From a bacterium (GTDB lineage: Bacteria > CLD3 > SB21): DNA of 20,000 bases. Below the pieces are notes generated by a model. The model searched no databases, was not told the origin of the DNA, and worked only from the letters and a program-made list of their open reading frames with translations. Of the stretch, positions 16,735 through 20,000 are shown piece after piece. Position 1 is the stretch's first letter, and each line of letters opens with the position of its first letter. The stretch lies in contig JABWCP010000006.1 of assembly GCA_013360215.1 (NCBI GenBank), forward strand, positions 148,711 to 168,710, written 5' to 3'. A program made the position numbers and the translations under genes.

Positions 16735-18222
16735 ATGGCTCAGAAATTTCAGAATTATATCAACGGAAAATGGCAAGATGCCAAGTCCGGTGCCACCTTT
16801 GAAAATCGTAATCCCGCCAATTGGGATGAAGTGATCGGTTTATTTCCCAAATCAGGAAAAGAAGATGTGCAGGAAGCCGTGGAAGCGGCCGCGGCCGCAT
16901 GGGATAAATGGCGTTTGATGCCGGCTCCCAAACGCGGCGACATATTGCGCAAAGTAGGCGATATTCTCGTTGCGCGTAAAGACGAGTTTGCCCGTGAAAT
17001 GACACGGGAAATGGGCAAAGTCGTAGCGGAAACAAAAGGCGATGTACAAGAAGGTATTGATACAGCCTATTACGCAGCGACCGAAGGGCGCCGTCTTTTC
17101 GGTCATACTGTTCCTTCGGAATTGGCCAATAAATTTGCCATGTCGGTTCGTATGCCGATCGGTGTTGCGGGGTTGATTTGTCCGTTTAATTTTCCGTTAG
17201 CCATACCGACGTGGAAGATGTTCCCGGCGCTGCTTTGCGGGAATACTGTCGTTTTCAAACCGGCTGAAGACACGCCGAAAACCGGAAGTATGTTGCTCGA
17301 AGTTTTGATCGAAGCGGGAATTCCGGCAGGCGTAGTTAACCTTGTGCACGGTTTCGGTGAAGATGTCGGCGCGACGATCGTAAGTCATCCGAAAATTGAT
17401 CTGATCAGCTTTACCGGTTCGTCCCAAACCGGCAGTATGATCGCATCACAATGCGGTAAAGACCTTAAGCATGTTTCCCTTGAGATGGGCGGAAAAAATG
17501 CGCAAGTCGTTATGGACGATGCCAATCTCGAATTGGCTCTTGACGGCGTTTTATGGGGTGCATTCGGTACGACAGGACAACGTTGTACTGCAACGAGCCG
17601 ATTGATTTTGCACGAAGCGATTCATGATAAATTTGTAGATATGCTGATCAAGGCGGCTCAGAAACTTGTCATCGGTGACGGTCTTAAGCCCGGAAATCAA
17701 GTCGGGCCGTTGATTCACGAAGAATCACTCAAAAAAGTTCAGCGTTATGTCGAGATCGGTAAGAGCGAGGGCGCAAAACTGGTGCTCGGCGGTGAACGCC
17801 ATACCGACGGCGATTGTGCCAAAGGATGGTTCTTTAAACCCACGATTTTTACCGATGTCAAAGCAGGCATGCGTATCGAACAAGAAGAAATTTTCGGTCC
17901 CGTGCTTTCAGTGATCAAAGTAAAAAATATTGATGAAGCGATCACGGTGCTTAACGGTACCAAATACGGCTTATCTTCATCGGTCTATACCAAAGATGTC
18001 AATAACAGCTTCAAAGCCATGCGCGACATCAAAACCGGTATCACGTATATCAATGCACCGACGATCGGTGCCGAAGCGCATTTGCCTTTTGGCGGTGTCA
18101 AAGCTACGGGTAACGGACACCGTGAAGGCGGTTGGCCGGTATTTGATTTTTACAGTGAAACCAAAACAGTATACGTGGACTATAGCGATAAACTGCAACG
18201 TGCACAGATTGATAATTACTAA
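16735..18222 (+). CDS. NAD(P)+-dependent aldehyde dehydrogenase, candidate 2-aminoadipate-semialdehyde/P6C dehydrogenase
   Basis: PFNFP, FKPAE, FTGS, LEMGGKN (catalytic Glu), TTGQRCTA (catalytic Cys), EEIFGPV and PFGG. The substrate is inferred from adjacency to lat. Confidence 0.92.
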   Translation: MAQKFQNYINGKWQDAKSGATFENRNPANWDEVIGLFPKSGKEDVQEAVEAAAAAWDKWRLMPAPKRGDILRKVGDILVARKDEFAREMTREMGKVVAETKGDVQEGIDTAYYAATEGRRLFGHTVPSELANKFAMSVRMPIGVAGLICPFNFPLAIPTWKMFPALLCGNTVVFKPAEDTPKTGSMLLEVLIEAGIPAGVVNLVHGFGEDVGATIVSHPKIDLISFTGSSQTGSMIASQCGKDLKHVSLEMGGKNAQVVMDDANLELALDGVLWGAFGTTGQRCTATSRLILHEAIHDKFVDMLIKAAQKLVIGDGLKPGNQVGPLIHEESLKKVQRYVEIGKSEGAKLVLGGERHTDGDCAKGWFFKPTIFTDVKAGMRIEQEEIFGPVLSVIKVKNIDEAITVLNGTKYGLSSSVYTKDVNNSFKAMRDIKTGITYINAPTIGAEAHLPFGGVKATGNGHREGGWPVFDFYSETKTVYVDYSDKLQRAQIDNY

Positions 18223-18228
18223 AAAACC

Positions 18229-18348
18229 ATGAGTGAATTTTTCCAAAATACATCCAACGGCACAGCGCAACGTCGGGGATGGCTTCTGCAACAAGAAGCT
18301 GTCGGTGAAGTGCGTCATTGCTTGCTCAAACCGGAATGGCGCGTGTGA
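18229..18348 (+). pseudogene. 39-codon ORF resembling a decayed aldehyde dehydrogenase N-terminus
   Basis: MSEFFQNTSNGTAQRRGWLLQQEAVGEVRHCLLKPEWRV*; the start resembles MAQKFQNYING of the upstream ALDH. Confidence 0.3.
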
Positions 18349-18398
18349 GATCGGTTCTTTTTGTAAATAATTTTTAATTATTAAAAAAGGATACCGAC

Positions 18399-19751
18399 AT
18401 GGAAAAAATTCAAATCAAACCGCAAGAAGTTCACGAAACACTCAAAAAACACATTCTCGCCGATGGTTACGATTTTGTACTCGATACAAAAAAGAGCCAC
18501 GGTTCATGGGTAGTAGATTCTAAAACCGGTAAAGAATATCTGGATTTTTATTCGTTTTTTGGATCGTCTCCGATCGGTATGAATCACCCGGCCATGATGA
18601 CGCCAGAATTTCGTGAAGGGCTCATTGATGCCGCGACCAATAACCCTGCGAATGCCGATGTATATACGGTAGCGATGGCCGAATTCGTTGCGACATTCGA
18701 AAAAACCGGTATTCCCGAATATCTTCCTCACATGTTTATGATTTCCGGCGGCGCTTTGGCCATCGAAAATGCGCTTAAAACGGCGTTTGACTGGAAGGTT
18801 CGTAAACAACACCCCAACGGGTTCAGTTCGATCGAGCAAGAAGAAGACTACGTCAATTCCATGAAAGTGATTTATTTCAAGGAAGCATTTCACGGTCGTA
18901 GCGGCTATACGATGACGATGACCAATACGCATTATCGGTATAAAGTGCAGTATTTCCCGAAATTCAACTGGATCAAAGCACCAAACCCCAAGATGGTATT
19001 TCCTTTAAATGATACCAATCTTGCCGACATCAAAAAACGGGAAGAAGAATCTTTAACATTTATTCGCGAACAAGTTAAGCGTTATAAAAATCAAATCGCC
19101 GCGTTGATTTTAGAGCCGATTCAGGCCGAAGGCGGGGATAATCATTTCCGCGTTGAATTTCACAAAGAGCTGCGAAAAATCTGTGATGAAAACGAAATCA
19201 TCATGATCTACGATGAAGTGCAGACCGGCGTCGGTCTAACCGGTAGCTTTTGGGCGCATGAAAAAATCGGCGTTAAGCCCGATATTCTTGCGTTCGGAAA
19301 AAAAATGCAGGTATGCGGTATTCTTGCCGGTAAACGTATTGATGAAGTAAAAGATAACGTATTTCAAAAATCGGGACGAATCAATTCGACCTGGGGCGGG
19401 AATTTGGCGGATATGTACCGTGCGACGTGGTATCTTCGTATTATAGAATCAGAAAAATTGGTTGAAAATGCAGATAAAGTCGGAGCTCATTTGCTTGGCA
19501 AACTGCAAGATCTGACCAAAGATTTTAAACAAGTGACCAATGTACGCGGAGCCGGTCTGATGATCGCATTTGATTTACCGACCGAACAACTTCGTGATGC
19601 CGTCCATAAAAAAACGCCGGAATTCGGTTTGTTGGTTTTGAAATGCGGCGAAAAAACAATTCGGCTTCGACCGGCACTGAACCTGACGATGGCGGAAGCC
19701 GATATGGGTGTCGAACGAATTGCGAAATCTTTAAAAGAAATCTTGAAATAA
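18399..19751 (+). CDS. lat: L-lysine 6-aminotransferase (class III PLP enzyme)
   Basis: LKKHILADG, YLDFYSFF, GGALAIENALKTAFDWK, AFHGRSGYT, EPIQAEGGDNHFR, DEVQTG, FGKK (PLP Lys) and RINSTWGGN. Confidence 0.92.
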   Translation: MEKIQIKPQEVHETLKKHILADGYDFVLDTKKSHGSWVVDSKTGKEYLDFYSFFGSSPIGMNHPAMMTPEFREGLIDAATNNPANADVYTVAMAEFVATFEKTGIPEYLPHMFMISGGALAIENALKTAFDWKVRKQHPNGFSSIEQEEDYVNSMKVIYFKEAFHGRSGYTMTMTNTHYRYKVQYFPKFNWIKAPNPKMVFPLNDTNLADIKKREEESLTFIREQVKRYKNQIAALILEPIQAEGGDNHFRVEFHKELRKICDENEIIMIYDEVQTGVGLTGSFWAHEKIGVKPDILAFGKKMQVCGILAGKRIDEVKDNVFQKSGRINSTWGGNLADMYRATWYLRIIESEKLVENADKVGAHLLGKLQDLTKDFKQVTNVRGAGLMIAFDLPTEQLRDAVHKKTPEFGLLVLKCGEKTIRLRPALNLTMAEADMGVERIAKSLKEILK

Positions 19752-19767
19752 TAAATAATTTACCGTA

Positions 19768-19815
19768 TATCAGGCGCCCGTGCTAAGAGTGATCTTAAGC
19801 ACGGGTTGTTTGATA
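19768..19815 (+). terminator. Long imperfect hairpin between lat and tRNA-Pro, possible terminator or processing stem
   Basis: Core CCCGTGCT-AAGA gtga TCTT-a-AGCACGGG (19777-19805), extendable through G:U pairs to TATCAGGCG/TTGTTTGATA. Confidence 0.55.
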
Positions 19816-19823
19816 CATAGGTT

Positions 19824-19898
19824 CGGGGTGTAGCGCAGCCCGGTTAGCGCGCCTGCTTTGGGAGCAGGATGTCAGGAGTTCGAATCCCCTCACCCCGA
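19824..19898 (+). tRNA. tRNA-Pro (anticodon TGG)
   Basis: Acceptor stem CGGGGTG/CACCCCG, D arm GCGC/GCGC, anticodon arm CCTGC-TT TGG GA-GCAGG, T loop TTCGAAT, discriminator A. CCA is not encoded (CAA follows). Confidence 0.97.
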
Positions 19899-19913
19899 CA
19901 AAGAGAAATGAGT

Positions 19914-19942
19914 AACAGCCACGTTAGAACGTGGCTGTTTTT
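19914..19942 (+). terminator. Rho-independent terminator after tRNA-Pro
   Basis: AACAGCCACGT-TAGA-ACGTGGCTGTT followed by TTT. Confidence 0.88.
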
Positions 19943-19948
19943 GTTAGG

Positions 19949-20000
19949 ATGAAATTTACAGTTTATATATTGTACAGTAAAAGTCGCCAGCGCTATTATG
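19949..20000 (+). CDS. N-terminus (partial) of a small GIY-YIG nuclease
   Basis: ATG 19949 reads MKFTVYILYSKSRQRYY..., matching the VYILxS-x5-YY(V/I)G start of standalone GIY-YIG proteins. Truncated by the window end and absent from the ORF track. Confidence 0.7.
   Translation, partial: MKFTVYILYSKSRQRYY

Noticed and set aside
1-20000. CRISPR arrays, IS elements, integrases, riboswitches
   Set aside because: I saw no regularly spaced repeats, transposase or integrase ORFs, or recognisable riboswitch cores; intergenic regions are short. A covariance-model search would be needed to exclude ncRNAs.

Overview
A gene-dense bacterial chromosomal window of moderate GC, with a more AT-rich first ~2.2 kb; the taxon cannot be fixed from sequence alone. 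From left to right it holds the tail of a probable cation:proton antiporter, a Glu-type (PTPS-III-like) 6-pyruvoyltetrahydropterin synthase homolog, a GNAT-nitrilase fusion, two tandem paralogous 2-oxoacid dehydrogenase E1-alpha genes and a secreted multidomain protein. Next comes a minus-strand run: lipoprotein nuclease, AhpD/CMD-like protein, radical SAM ArsS, an atypical Cys-rich PiT transporter and an ArsM-type As(III) methyltransferase. Divergent from it are DUF47-PiT, a PafA-type alkaline phosphatase and a VOC protein. The window ends with E1-beta, two hypotheticals, an aldehyde dehydrogenase, L-lysine 6-aminotransferase, tRNA-Pro(TGG) and the first codons of a small GIY-YIG nuclease. 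The most notable system is an arsenosugar-type (ArsM/ArsS) operon with its own PiT-family transporter, embedded in a divergent phosphate-scavenging locus with a candidate 11-bp-period regulator box. All product calls rest on motif recognition by eye, not on database searches.
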